Translations under genes and position numbers: made by a program
Source of the DNA: Azolla caroliniana
Taxonomy: Eukaryota > Plantae > Polypodiophyta
Direction of reading: 5' to 3'
DNA length: 64,000 nucleotides
NCBI GenBank assembly: GCA_043228905.1
Contig: JBHGNT010000009.1
Location: 15,190,001-15,254,000 of the forward strand
Notes under the pieces: model-generated
Seen by the model: only the letters and a program-made list of their open reading frames with translations
Database searches by the model: none
Told to the model about the DNA's origin: nothing
In this document: piece after piece, positions 1 through 11,813 of the stretch
Numbering within the stretch: the stretch's first letter is position 1
Layout: every line of letters starts with the position of its first letter

Positions 1-1920
1 GCCGGTACCTCGATCCGTAAGACTTGCAGCAGTTGCCGAAGCCAAATGCCTTCACAGGTGGCAATGGTAGCGCCCCGATACTCAGCCTCAGTGCTCGACA
101 AAGCAACTGTTGGCTGCTTTTTGCTGCTCCACTCAACAGCCGCGTTACCTAGAGAAAACATGTAACCAGAGGTTGATCGGTGATCTAATGCATCGCCGAC
201 CCAATCGGCATCCATGTAACCGACGAGCTCTTCGGTTATACCTCGCCGGTATAACAGTCCCCGGTCCTTGGTGCCGCTGACATACCGCAATATCCGTTGC
301 GCGCACTGAAGGTGCTCCACGGTCGGCTTCTGCATGAACTGACTTATCATTCTGACCGGATAGCTGATGTCGGGTCGCGTGATAGTCAAGTAAATAAGGC
401 TTCCGACAATTTGTCGGAACCGTTGCTCGTTGCAGGCCGGTCCAGAGTTGGGACGAAGCTTCTGGTTCCGGTCCAAGGGTGTGGATACAGGTCGGCATTC
501 TGTCATGCCAAACTTGTACAGCATATTCAAGACGTAATGTCGTTGTGAGAGCAATATGCCGTCCGGGGTTCGGATCACCTCGATCCTTAGAAAATAATGA
601 AGGTCCACCAGATCCTTCATCTCAAATGCGTCCGACAACTGGGACTTGACGCAGTTGATTTCTGGAACACCCGGTTCGGTGATGACTAGATCATCAACAT
701 ACAGTTGTACACATACCGGACCGGTTGGGCCTTGCCGGATGAACAATGAGGAGTCCGATTTGGAGGTCACAAACCCCATCTTACACAACCGGTGCATGAT
801 CTTCGCATTCCAAGTTCGAGGGGCTTGCTTCAGGCCGTACAACGACTTCTTCAGCCGGCATACCGCCGATTTGTTCATCTCCGATTGAAAACCGAGAGGC
901 TGAGTCATAAAGACTTCTTCTTCAAGATCACCTTGAAGAAATGCATACTTCAGATCCATCTGATGAAGATGCCACCCCCTTGCCGCAGCAACCGCCAGCA
1001 CCACTCGAACCGTCGTCATCTTCACTACATGAGCGAAGGTCTCGTCGTAGTCGATTCCGTGGGTCTGCGCATATCCCTTCGCCACTAACCGGGCCTTGTA
1101 CCAGTTAACTGAACCGTCGTCGTTGTACTTTACTTTGTATATCCACTTGCATCCGATCGGTTTACAGTGACGAGGAGGGTCAACCAGGTCCCATGTCTTA
1201 TTCACATCAAGTGCCCGCATTTCTTCCTCCATAGCGGCACACCAATTTGCGTTCTTGGCCGCTTCTGCATAGCTCTCCGGCTCACGCACTTCTGCCAACT
1301 TAGTCATGTACGCATAGTGATGCGCCATGTACTCATTGTACCCGTACCGCTTGATGGGATCCTTCTGGCGGGTGGACCAGCGTAACTCACCGTTACCCGG
1401 TTTGAGGCCCTTCTTGGCCGGTTCGGTCCTCGTTGCCGAAGATCCGCCTTTCTCCTTGCCAGAGTCGGGCATACACCGATCCGACTCATCGTTGCCAGAT
1501 TCGAATTCCTGCATCTTCTTCTTCCCCTTCTCTTTGCGCGTGAACCGTCTCCTCGGTTCCTTGCGCGGGGAATGCACGACAAAGTCTCCACTACTCACCG
1601 GTTCCTCATCGGACTAGTCAGATTGACTCAGTCTCTCATTCAGCCCACTCAACCGGAACGATTCCGGACTCTCATCCTGAGTCCACGCTTCATCATCCTC
1701 TACCTGGGCCGGTTCGGGATCACTAGCCTCATCCAACGGCATCGGGTCAGATTCGGAAGTCGGAGTCAGTAAGGAGTACCAGAATGCCGATTCATCAAAC
1801 TCGACATCTCAACGGATTTGGACGTGCTTTATCCAGGGGTTATAACACTTATAACCCTTTTGCTCTTGAGCATAGCCGACTAAGATGCATTTTTCCGATT
1901 TTGCATCCAGCTTCCTCCTC
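1..1920 (-). mobile_element. Ty1/Copia internal fragment (integrase C-terminus, RT, start of RNase H), same family as the element at 3214-17119; degenerate
   Basis: The minus strand encodes KCILVGY, YNEYMAHH, GCKWIYKVKYN, HQMDLK.AFLQGDL, YVDD, FEMKDL and KKQPTVALSSTEAEYR. It is colinear with ~12600-14460. It is truncated at ~1920 and runs off the window start. Confidence 0.93.
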
Positions 1921-3213
1921 GGTGCTTTACTATTGTACATTGTGATATAGTGATAGTTTGCAGTCTATGGGCTGCCGTGGTTTTTTCCTAGTTTGGGTTT
2001 TCCACGTTAGCATCCTGTGTACTCTTCTCTTCACTGTGTCATGCGTTCATTACCCGTTTTCTGTGTTTGATCCTAGGCTCGGTTGTAGCCGAGCGTTGTT
2101 CATCGGGAGCGTGTATTCCTGTCAAATTGGTATCAGAGCAAAACGACACAGAAAAATGGACGATTCGTTGGGAGGCATGTTCAAGCTCACCGGCTCCAAC
2201 TATTCGGTGTGGAAGTCGAAGATGAGGGACATGCTCGTGGTTAAAGATCTTTGGTTGTTGGTTCAGTTCGAGGACAAAGGACCGGACAAAATCGATGCCA
2301 CGATATGGGAAGTGATGCACATGAAGACAACGGCTTACATACGGTGCTTCATCGACATGAGTCTATACAACAACTTCAATGAAGAGAGCAAGGCTCATGA
2401 GCTCTGGGAGAAGATCGGCATTATGTTTCAAAACAAAAATGTTGTTAATCAGGTTTCGGTATTTCAGAAGCCAGTAAGACTCCGGTACCAAGATGGCTCC
2501 CGCATGGCGGAGCACATGAATGCCTTCCAGGGGCTGATCCACCAGGCAACATCATTGGAAGTACCTCTCGCCGATGAGATACTCGCACTACTCCTGCTCG
2601 GTTCCCTCCCAGATAACTGGGAGACGTTGGTTGTCACCTTGGGCAACGCCGGGCCAGAAGGAAAACGGTTATCCCTAGCAAGAGTGAAGTCGAGCTTGCT
2701 AGATGAGGAGGCGCGTCGGAAAGATAAGGATACGAGCTCCGACTCCAAAGCGCTCCTTACCGAATCGGAACACAGAAGACAAAGGAATCGTAGTCCCCAG
2801 AACCGAGAGAAGTCGGGGACACGGTCAAAGTCAAGGGGAAGGCCTACCTGCTTCTATTGCGGCAAGCCGGGACACTTCCAGAAAAACTGTCGACACTTTC
2901 GAAGCGGACACCGGAACGGAACGGTAAAGATCGGAGGGGGCCGGACCGGAAGGGAACGACGGCAATCGCGGCAAGTGAAGAAGAGTTGATGCTTATCACC
3001 GAGGAGAGTGAGCTAAACCTTGCCGGCGACGAGATGACTTGGATGGTCGACTCCGGAGCGTCGTTCCACCTTACCCCAGACCGGAAATGTTTCTCATCCT
3101 ACTCAATCGGTGATCAAGGCTGTGTTCGGATGGGGAATGAAGGTACATGCCGAATTGTTGGCATAGGAGACGTGTGGTTGACAACACCAACCGGATGCAA
3201 GCTGCTGCTAAAG
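1921..3213 (+). mobile_element. Ty1/Copia 5' fragment (Tork/Tnt1-like): partial LTR, PBS, gag and protease; truncated
   Basis: The LTR ends ...TGTCA at 2124, followed by PBS TGGTATCAGAGC at 2128-2139. The gag ATG is at 2156 (FKLTGSNYSVWK, LLLGSLPDNW, zinc knuckle CFYCGKPGHFQKNC). Protease WMVDSGASFH follows a frameshift near 2900. Confidence 0.9.
2128..2139 (+). promoter_or_regulatory. Primer-binding site, initiator tRNA-Met
   Basis: TGGTATCAGAGC, 3 nt after the LTR terminal CA. Confidence 0.9.
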
Positions 3214-3228
3214 TGTAAAAAGTAACGT

Positions 3229-4526
3229 TGTCGTGAAGATTTTTGGCAATAGTGTGAAAATCCCATAAAACGTACGAAATCGAGTATGAATCACATAATA
3301 CAATAATTGTGAAGATAACATTTTAAATAAATTTAATATCTAAGTACAAAATGATGGAGGTTTCGAATGCACTTTATTACACGAGAAACGGACAACTAAA
3401 TGTCAAGATATGAGGGTATAAAGTTTGTGAAAGTTAAAGAGAAAATTGTGAGATATCCCACATAGGCACGACAAATACGGCTCTCATCATATATAAGGTA
3501 GAGCAAAAGATATTATCTTTGTGTCTATGTGTGGAGCATAGAGAGTTCAAGGTAACTTGAACTAAGAGTGGAGGTGGGCTAGCTACTCGTAAAGGGTTTT
3601 GGCCAACCAAAAACGGACCGGCGATGGAGCCGGTGATCCGGCCGCATCCGACGGCAAACCGGTATCCGGCGGTGGCATCTGGCATGTCTATGTGTGGAGC
3701 ATAGAGAGTTCAAGGTAACTTGAACTAATAGTGGAGGTGGGCTAGCTACTCGTAAAGGGTTTTGGCCAACCAAAACCGGACCGGCGATGGAGCCGGTGAG
3801 ACGACAGCATCCGGCGGGGCACCGGTAACCGACGGCATCCGGCGGCAGCACCAGTATCTGACGCTGGTGAGACGACGGCGGCACCGGTAACCGGCGCCGG
3901 TGAGACGACGGTATCTGGCGAGGCACCAACGACGGCACCGATATCCGACGAACCGGCGTCTAGTGACTAGATAAATAAATATATTTACAAGTAAGGCAAG
4001 TAAGGATTCGAACCTTGCACCTCCGAGTTAGGAGTCAATTGGCTTACCATTAAGCCATGACATTTAGTTGAATTTATATTTCTATCATTATACTTTTACA
4101 TGTAAATTCTCATACATGAGAGCTAAAATGAGTGACATGGTTATCATGCACCACATGTAATACATAAGCACAAAATGGCAAACATGCATTTTATGCATGT
4201 CTTGTACCCTCACATGCATTATATGCATGAGAGCATCTATAAAAGAAGGAAGGGGGAGGAGAAAAAACACGTTTTTTGGGGTTATGAAATTAAGAAGAAG
4301 AAATTCGTTATCAAATTGATCATGTAACTTGTTACTTAAATCTAAAGTTAAAAGTTCAATCAATCTCTCTCAATCGTGTAATCTCAACTTCTCTCTTTCC
4401 CAATCTATCTTAAGTACTTTCTCGCTAAAGCTTGCGCCAAAGCTTGTACCGACTTTGAATCCTTCCGGTCCAGAACCCCGGCGGTTCCGCCTCACGATCC
4501 GCGCGTAGTGACGGATCTTCACGACA
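3229..4526 (+). repeat. Gypsy 5' LTR (1298 bp)
   Basis: Direct repeat of 10347-11371. It has an internal ~163-bp duplication (starts at 3522 and 3685), GC-rich short repeats and a TATA-like CTATAAAAG near 4237. Confidence 0.95.
3996..4060 (-). other. tRNA-like module (Pol III A-box and B-box) inside the LTR; second copy at ~10840-10903
   Basis: The minus strand reads TGGCTTAATGGTAAGCCAATTGACTCCTAACTCGGAGGTGCAAGGTTCGAATCCTTAC: A-box TGGCTTAATGG, B-box GGTTCGAATCC, tRNA-like spacing, D-arm and T-arm hairpins. No clear acceptor stem. Confidence 0.7.
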
Positions 4527-4534
4527 TAATTAAG

Positions 4535-4551
4535 TGGTGAACCCGACGTGA
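4535..4551 (+). promoter_or_regulatory. Primer-binding site complementary to the tRNA-Trp 3' end
   Basis: TGGTGAACCCGACGTGA is the reverse complement of ...TCACGTCGGGTTCA-CCA, the 3' end of plant cytosolic tRNA-Trp as I recall it. Confidence 0.85.
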
Positions 4552-4593
4552 AAGAGGCGGTAGGAAGGATCAAGTCGAGATTAATACTTGGGG

Positions 4594-6792
4594 ATGGCGT
4601 CCTCAAGCAACCAAGCGGGAGAGCTCGAAAGGATGATGCTAATCGTCGAGCAAATGATGAGATCTCGAGACAACGACGCGAGCGTGGAGAAGGTTGTCGA
4701 TCGTGTCGTAGAGCTCGAGGGCCAATTCGATGGAAGGAACGTTATGAAGTTCCTTGATGCATATAGAAGGGAGATGAATCAGAGGGACGTGTCCGAGGCA
4801 CGTCAAATTGTAAGCTTCAAGAGAGTTGTCGCCAACAACATCCAAAGACGCGTCATCGAGCTTCAAGAAGGTAAGACAACATGGTCCGAGTTCGAGAAAA
4901 TGATACTAGCGGAGTTCGGGACTGAAGACTCAACGAGGATGACTCGACATGCCCTGATGAAGTGGATAGAGAAGAATAATAAGAAGATGAGCGTCTCGAG
5001 GGTGTACGACGAATTCAACCAGATGTTTGGTCGTCTCCCCAATACGGACCAAGTGTTGCTTGAAGAGGACAAGACTTTGTACTTCTTGAAGGCCGTGGAC
5101 ATAAAGGATAGACGGGAGTTGGGGACTCTTCTCGAAGATGATACCCAAGCAAATGGGCTCGTAGCGGACTAGATCGCGGTGAAACGGGCATGCAATAGGC
5201 TCGACAAGCGTCGCCAATGGGTTGATGACACCGATTTGACGGGACCGACTACCACGAAGAAAGCAAGACCGCCGAAAGTAGCTGAGCCACCAAGACAAAG
5301 TAACGTGGAAGAAAAGAAGATTGATGACGACATCATTGAAGAGCTAGCGAAGAAGTTCAAGAAGGTCACGCTAGCCAACATGAATCGTCGGGGCCCTAAG
5401 GGAAAAGAACCCTTTAGATGTATGTGGTGCGATAGCATGGACCACATGAGAAGGGATTGTGCGAGCCTTAGAGAGGCGATTCGACAAAATATTGTATACA
5501 TAGAGGACAACATGATCTACTCAAGCGAGACTAGAAGACCCCTATGGGTGAATTTCGGAAGAGGAGGAATGAAGAAATCTATGGAGGATGCCGATGCGAC
5601 TCATGTGGATGCGATGCACTATGCTGCGTCGGCCGGAATAAGAGTCGGGAAAGACAAGACTGAAGCTGCTAGAGCGGGAGCAAAGTTTTGGACTTCCGTT
5701 CTCGAATATGAGAAGAAGGGAAAAGTCAAATCGAACGAGGTAGAGCTTGCGGACCGAAGCGTGCAAAGCATAACCGGGTGGTTGGATCCGGTGGACGACA
5801 ACACCATACTCGCAGAGGTGATGTGCGACAACCACGAGGTGTTCGTCGAAGAAAAGAGAAAGAGAATAGAAGAGCAAGGCCCATCAAAAAGACATGAAAC
5901 AAGGAACACGAAAAAGAAGGATGATGCGGCGACGAGTCGACCTTTTCAAACGGAGGAACTAGAATCAAGCCGAAAAGGGGAGCCGAGCATACGAGTTGAA
6001 GAAACGGTTCCGCCCGTGAAGGTTGGTGTCGAAGACCCCGCTCGGAGGACAAGGACTATACCTACCTATAAACTAAGGTCGGACATAGAGCAGACGACGG
6101 ACCTAAAGAAGATTCTCGAAGAACGAGTTCTTGGTAGCCACGTAACTTTGTCCTTGTGGGAATTGCTTGGCATTACGAAGAAGGAGTTCCATGACACGAT
6201 CGTGGACCTTGTAAAGAGAAAGAGACAACAATCGGACGAGGAAGAAGAGAATCCGCAAAAAGCAAAAACGAATGCCATAACGATGGCAAGAGACGAAATC
6301 GATGAAGATATGGTGGACAGCCACTACACTCGACCTCATTGGGCACGAGCGACAATGGAGACGCCGGTGAAGATCGGGGAGAAGAAAGAGACCGTGGTAG
6401 CCTTGATCAACCATGGCTCGGAGATTAACCTCATGTCAACCGACTTCTACAAAAAAGGAAGGTGGCCAATCAATACAAACCACGGATGGAAGATTCGCGC
6501 GGCAACAAAGTCTACGGAGGACTTGTACGGAGCTTGTCCCAATGTCAAAGTCACGATCGGGGATGTGGAGATGGATCAACACTTCTTCGTACAAGAATCG
6601 GCGTCGCATCCTGTCATCCTAGGGCAACCTTATATCACATCATCTCGGATGGAGACCAAAGTGTTCGATAATGGAGCAGCCTTCGCACGAATAAAGAGTC
6701 TTGACAACCAAAGATCGGTCCAATTCCTAACGGTGCGAGCCAATCATGAAAGGAATCGAGATAGTCTCGGAGGCGAATCCTCGGATTTTTAG
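4594..6792 (+). pseudogene. Gypsy gag-protease ORF with one premature TAG (5170-5172)
   Basis: ORFs 4588-5172 and 5179-6792 are in the same frame. Zinc knuckle CMWCDSMDHMRRDC; protease-like ALINHGSEIN and VILGQPY. Confidence 0.88.
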
Positions 6793-9700
6793 AGCGGACT
6801 ATTGAAGCATGGGGCACAAATAGTCCGAGCAATCACAAAACCCCACAAGAAAGAAGTGTGAGTGGATTGCGAGGAGAAGCAACATGTGTCACACCTAGTG
6901 GCGCATGTAAACTAGTACTACCCGACAAGAAGCACAAGCACCGGATACAAGAATTCGAGAAGATGCTGAAAGAAGAAAACATAATAGAAGAAGGAGAGTT
7001 CGTGACTCATATTATGGAAGAAGCCTCATTTAACGACACCATCAGCGAAATCGAGGACGTCGTGGACTTGAGCTATCTTCACAACCAACGCGTGATTTCG
7101 GTTAACTCCGTCAACATGTACGCTATCATCGATGAATACCATCGTGGCATCTCGATGAAGGAAGCTGACATCAACACGAAATATAAAACGGTGGATAAGA
7201 AGATCAAGCCAGTTGCGGTTCCGCTACCGGAAGATAGCTGGCAAAAGATGAAGGAAGTCGCTAACGATCCAAGCTTAAGAGATCCGAAGAAGATAGGTCA
7301 TGTCTTCACCAAAGAGACGAAGGGGAAGCTACGAGTTGGAAAGGAGGATTTCCTTCTCCCTGAAGAGGAGCGAATGTTTTGCGATATGCTTGAGAGACAT
7401 GGGAAGGCTTTCGCATTCTTCCCACGAGAAATCGGATGCGCCGACCCAAAGGTAATAGAGCCGTTGGTGATCTTCACGGTGCCTCATGTGCCTTGGAATT
7501 TGAAACCGATACCGGTTCCGAGAGCACACCTTCCGAAGTTGATTGAGCTCTTAAAGGAGAAGGTGAGTATGGGAATTCTAGAACCGTCGAATGCTCCTTA
7601 TTCCAATAGGTGGTTCACGGTGCCGAAGAAGAATGGATCATTGCGATTCATCCAAGATCTTCAACCCGTCAACAAGGTGACAATTCGAAATGCCGGAATC
7701 GGTCCGAGCATGGACGAATTTGCCGAAGCGTTTGCGGGCCGGTCCATCTACTCCATTGGCGATCTCTACTCCGGATATGACCAATTCCAATTGGCGATCG
7801 ACAGTCGGGACATTACAACCATGAGGACTCCGATCGGGCTTGTGCGGATGTGTACCTTACCCCAAGGCGCAACGAACTCGGTGGCTCATATGGTGAATGC
7901 CATGAATAAAGTCTTGAAGGATTGCATTTCGGACATCACGATGTCATTCTTGGATGATATTCCGATAAAAGGATGTTCGGATGAGGAGAAAGATGAATCG
8001 AAAGATAAGGAAGGTTGTAGAAAGTTCGTTGCGGATTATATGAAAGATTGCGAGAAGGTGCTTCAAAGGCTCGAAGATGCGAATTTGACATTTTCGGGAG
8101 AAAAATCCGCATTCGGGCAACCGGAGATCTTGGTGGTAGGTCACTTGTGTGGAGCATACGGCCGGAAGCCCTCGCCATCCAAAGTGAACGCAATCCAAGA
8201 CATGAAAGAAGAATGCGAAAACCAAACGGAGGTTCGAAGGTTCCTTGGAGTGTGCGCATTTTATCATATATGGATTCCTCACTATGCTCATGTCGCCGAA
8301 CCGTTATATGGACTGCTAAAGAAAAGAATAAAGTTCGAATGGCGAGACGAGCACACAAAGGCGATGCGAAGATTAAAGAAACTGCTTCTTGAAGCTCCGG
8401 CACTAAGGAAGGCCGACTATGCCGAAGGGAAACCAATTTACGTGACCGTAGATACAAGCCCAACCGAAATCGGGTGGGTCATCAATCAAGAAGGTGAAGA
8501 TAATGCGCAATATGCCGTCCGGTTCGGAGCAAAGGTTCTCAGCGAATGGCAACAAAGATATTCCCAAGTCAAGCGGGAACTTTGGGGTATTGTGTCGGCA
8601 GTGAAGACGGACAAAGATTACCTGATCGGGTCAGAAGTGATAATAGAGACAGATTGTCTCCCAATTCTCGGAATGGTCTCGGGATGTGCGACCCCAGATC
8701 TTGCTATGCTAAGGTGGATCACCTACATCAAGTCTTTAAACCCAGAGATCCGTCACATTGCAGGGAAGAAGAACGCCATGGCTGACATGCTGTCGAGGGC
8801 AAGATTTTCAAACGGAAGTAACATGGTTTCGGAAGATGAAGATGTCACCCTCGACTTCTTCAAGATGGCTCGATTGTCGGCGGAAGACCAGGACACGCAA
8901 ACCCTCCACGCCTTCAACGAGAACGAGTACAAAGGAGAGTGGTTACTCATCGGTAGATTCCTAAGAACATTGATGATAGATGCTTCGTTGACAAAGGAGG
9001 AGGCCCTACGAATCCGAAAGAAAGCTTACGGATACTTCTTGAAGGGAGGATTCCTTTGGCGACATCCAAAAAGAAGGACAAGAATACCACGTCGAGTGGT
9101 GGTAAAGAAAGAAGAGCAAGAGACGCTGATGACCGAATTCCACGAGAGTGCTTGGGCAGGTCATAGAGGAACATGGGCGACGTTCGAAAAGTTGAAGGAG
9201 AAGTACTGGTGGCCAAGCATGTACAAAGATGTACTCCATTTCGTGTCCACATGCGAAACTTGCCAAATATATTCAAATATATGTCATCGTGATGAGTTAA
9301 AGCCGACATACCCACTCACCATACACTTCAAATGGATGGTGGATCTGGTCTCGATGCCAATGGGAGTGGGACAAATGAAGTACTTAGCGCTGGCAAGGGA
9401 AGACTTGACAAATCAAGTGGAAGGACGAGCCTTGACAAATAAGACGACTTCAGCCGTTTGCAAATTTCTACTTGAAGATGTTTGCCGAGATGGATGTGTA
9501 GAGAAGATAGTGGCCGACCGAGGGGAGTTGGACGCGCACGAAGCGACGGAGCTCTTCGAAAGACTAGGTGTGACGCTCTCCCTCACGATTGCCTACAATC
9601 CGGAAGCAAATGGGAAGATCGAGTGAGGGCATGGACCTATCGTTAAAGCCATCGTACGGGCATGCAACGGTCGAGTCGGGAATTGGCCACGACTATTACC

Positions 9701-10274
9701 CTATGCCTTGTGGGCCGATAGAACGACACATAGCTCGGTGACAAGGTATATGCCGACGGAGCTTATGTATGGACAAAAGCCGATTATGCCCATCGAAAGG
9801 ACGATCGCCTCATGGGTAGCAATACCGTCGGAGAACGAGATGAGCCGAGAAGAGTTATTAGCGGCGCGGATAAGGCAACTTGAAAGAAGACCTGAAGATT
9901 TAGAAAAAGTGCGAAAGATGATGAAGGCAGCCCGAGTAAAGAACAAAGTTCGGTTCGACAACACGCATCGACTTCGTCACAAGAAGATTGAAGAAGGGGA
10001 TTGGGTTTTGGTTTACGACAGCACCCTTGACAATCAACACAGTACAACAAGGAAGTTCGCAAGAAGATGGTTCGGGCCGTATGTGGTACCAATGGGAAAC
10101 AATAATGCCACATACCACCTTGCGGAACTAGACGAATCAAGGTTGGCCATACCCATTGCGGGAAAAAGAATAAAGATTTTCAAGAAAAGACAAGACAAGG
10201 ATCCTGACCTCGATTACCTCGACGATGAACATAATAGGGCAGATGTAAATGAAGACATGGAGGAATCTAATTGA
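6789..10274 (+). pseudogene. Gypsy pol (RT-RNase H-integrase) in the -1 frame relative to gag, one premature TGA (9624-9626)
   Basis: Motifs LRFIQDLQPVNK, DLYSGYDQ, LPQGATNS, FLDD, VTVDTS, TDCLP, NAMADMLSR, H..AGH...C..CQ, ADRGE, NGKIE and RWFGPY. ORFs 6858-9626 and 9708-10274 are in frame. Confidence 0.93.
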
Positions 10275-10346
10275 TCATCGTAGCCGAAATCTCACTTTCT
10301 CTCTTCTTGGCACATACCGGAGGACGTGCAGTTTGGTGGGGGTGGA

Positions 10347-11371
10347 TGTCGTGAAGATTTTTGGCAATAGTGTGAAAATCCCATAAAACATACGAAATCG
10401 AGTATGAATCACATAATACAATAATTGTGAAGATAACATTTTAAATAAATTTAATATCTAAGTACAAAATGATGGAGGTTTCGAATGCACTTTATTACAC
10501 GAGAAACGGACAACTAAATGTCAAGATATGAGGGTATAAAGTTTGTGAAAGGAAAAGAGAAAATTGTGAGATATCCCACATAGGCACGACAAATACGGCT
10601 CTCATCATATATAAGGTAGAGCAAAAGATATTATCTTTGTGTCTATGTGTGGAGCATAGAGAGTTCAAGGTAACTTGAACTAAGAGTGGAGGTGGGCTAG
10701 CTACTCGTAAAGGGTTTCCGGCGATGGAGCCAGTGATCCGGTCGCATCCGACGGCAAACCGGTATCCGGCGCCAACATCTGGCGCCGGTGAGACGACGGC
10801 ATCCGGCGGGGCACCGGTAACCGACGACATCCGACGGTGGCAAGTAAGGATTCGAACCTTGCACCTCCAAGTTAGGAGTCAATTGGCTTACCATTAAGCC
10901 ATGACATTTAGTTGAATTTATATTTCTATCATTGTACTTTTATATGTAAATTCTCATACATGAGAGCTAAAATGAGTGACATGGTTATCATGCACCACAT
11001 GTAATACATAAGCGCCAAATGGCAAACATGCATTTTATGCATGTCTTGTACCCTCACATGCATCATATGCATGAGAGCATCTATAAAAGAATGAAGGGGG
11101 AGGAGAAAAAACACGTTTTTTGGGGTTATGAAATTAAGAAGAAGAAATTCGTTATCAAATTGATCGTGTAACTTGTTTACTTAAATCTAAAGTTAAAAGT
11201 TCAATCAATCTCTCTCAATCGTGTAATCTCAACTTCTCTCTTTCCCAATCTATCTTAAGTACTTTCTCGCTAAAGCTTGCACCAAAGCTTGTACCGACTT
11301 TGAATCCTTTCGGTCCAGAACCCCGGCGGTTCCGCCTCACGATCCGCGCGTAGTGACGGATCTTCACGACA
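10347..11371 (+). repeat. Gypsy 3' LTR (1025 bp)
   Basis: Direct repeat of 3229-4526, preceded by the PPT. Confidence 0.95.
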
Positions 11372-11813
11372 ACGTGCAAAAGCAAGTATGAAGACCGAAC
11401 AGAAGGAAGAAAACTCAGGTTTAATGGAGAGCTTGAGCTTACGCAGTATACGCGGGAGAGACAGAGAGAGTGAGAGAGAGAGAAAACACAAGAACTATAT
11501 TCAAAAAGGGTACTCAATCTCTATTCACCACACTCTATACATATGTGTGTTCAATGAACACTTTTATACAAGTCCTAGAAGGACTGACTGAAGTACTGAC
11601 ATTACTTCAATGCTCATTAAGAGCTCCTACACTAACTCCCAAATATATTCCTCACGGAATATCTTTCCTAGCGGCCTCCCGGTTTACACACCGATCCGGC
11701 CCTACCTACGCACCGGTATGCGTACCGGTTTACGCATTCGGCCTAACCGATCAGTCCCAACCGATCCGGTCCACGGCTTCTTCAGCCGATCCAGCTGATG
11801 TTGAGCTTGTCTC

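Larger units (their letters stand above)
3229..11371 (+). mobile_element. Ty3/Gypsy LTR retrotransposon, near-intact, no chromodomain, fungal-style pol
   Basis: LTRs are 3229-4526 and 10347-11371, with 12-bp terminal inverted repeats TGTCGTGAAGAT/ATCTTCACGACA. The TSD is ACGT (3225-3228, 11372-11375). PBS is at 4535-4551 and PPT GGTGGGGGTGGA at 10335-10346. Domain order is gag-PR-RT-RH-INT. Confidence 0.97.

Noticed and set aside
3780-3960. GC-rich short repeats as a CRISPR-like array
   Set aside because: The units are irregular and degenerate, lie inside an LTR U3, have no unique spacers, and sit in a eukaryotic context.
3996-4060. LTR tRNA-like module as a functional tRNA gene or self-encoded RT primer
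   Set aside because: There is no convincing acceptor stem, and its 3' end is not complementary to the element's PBS at 4535-4551.
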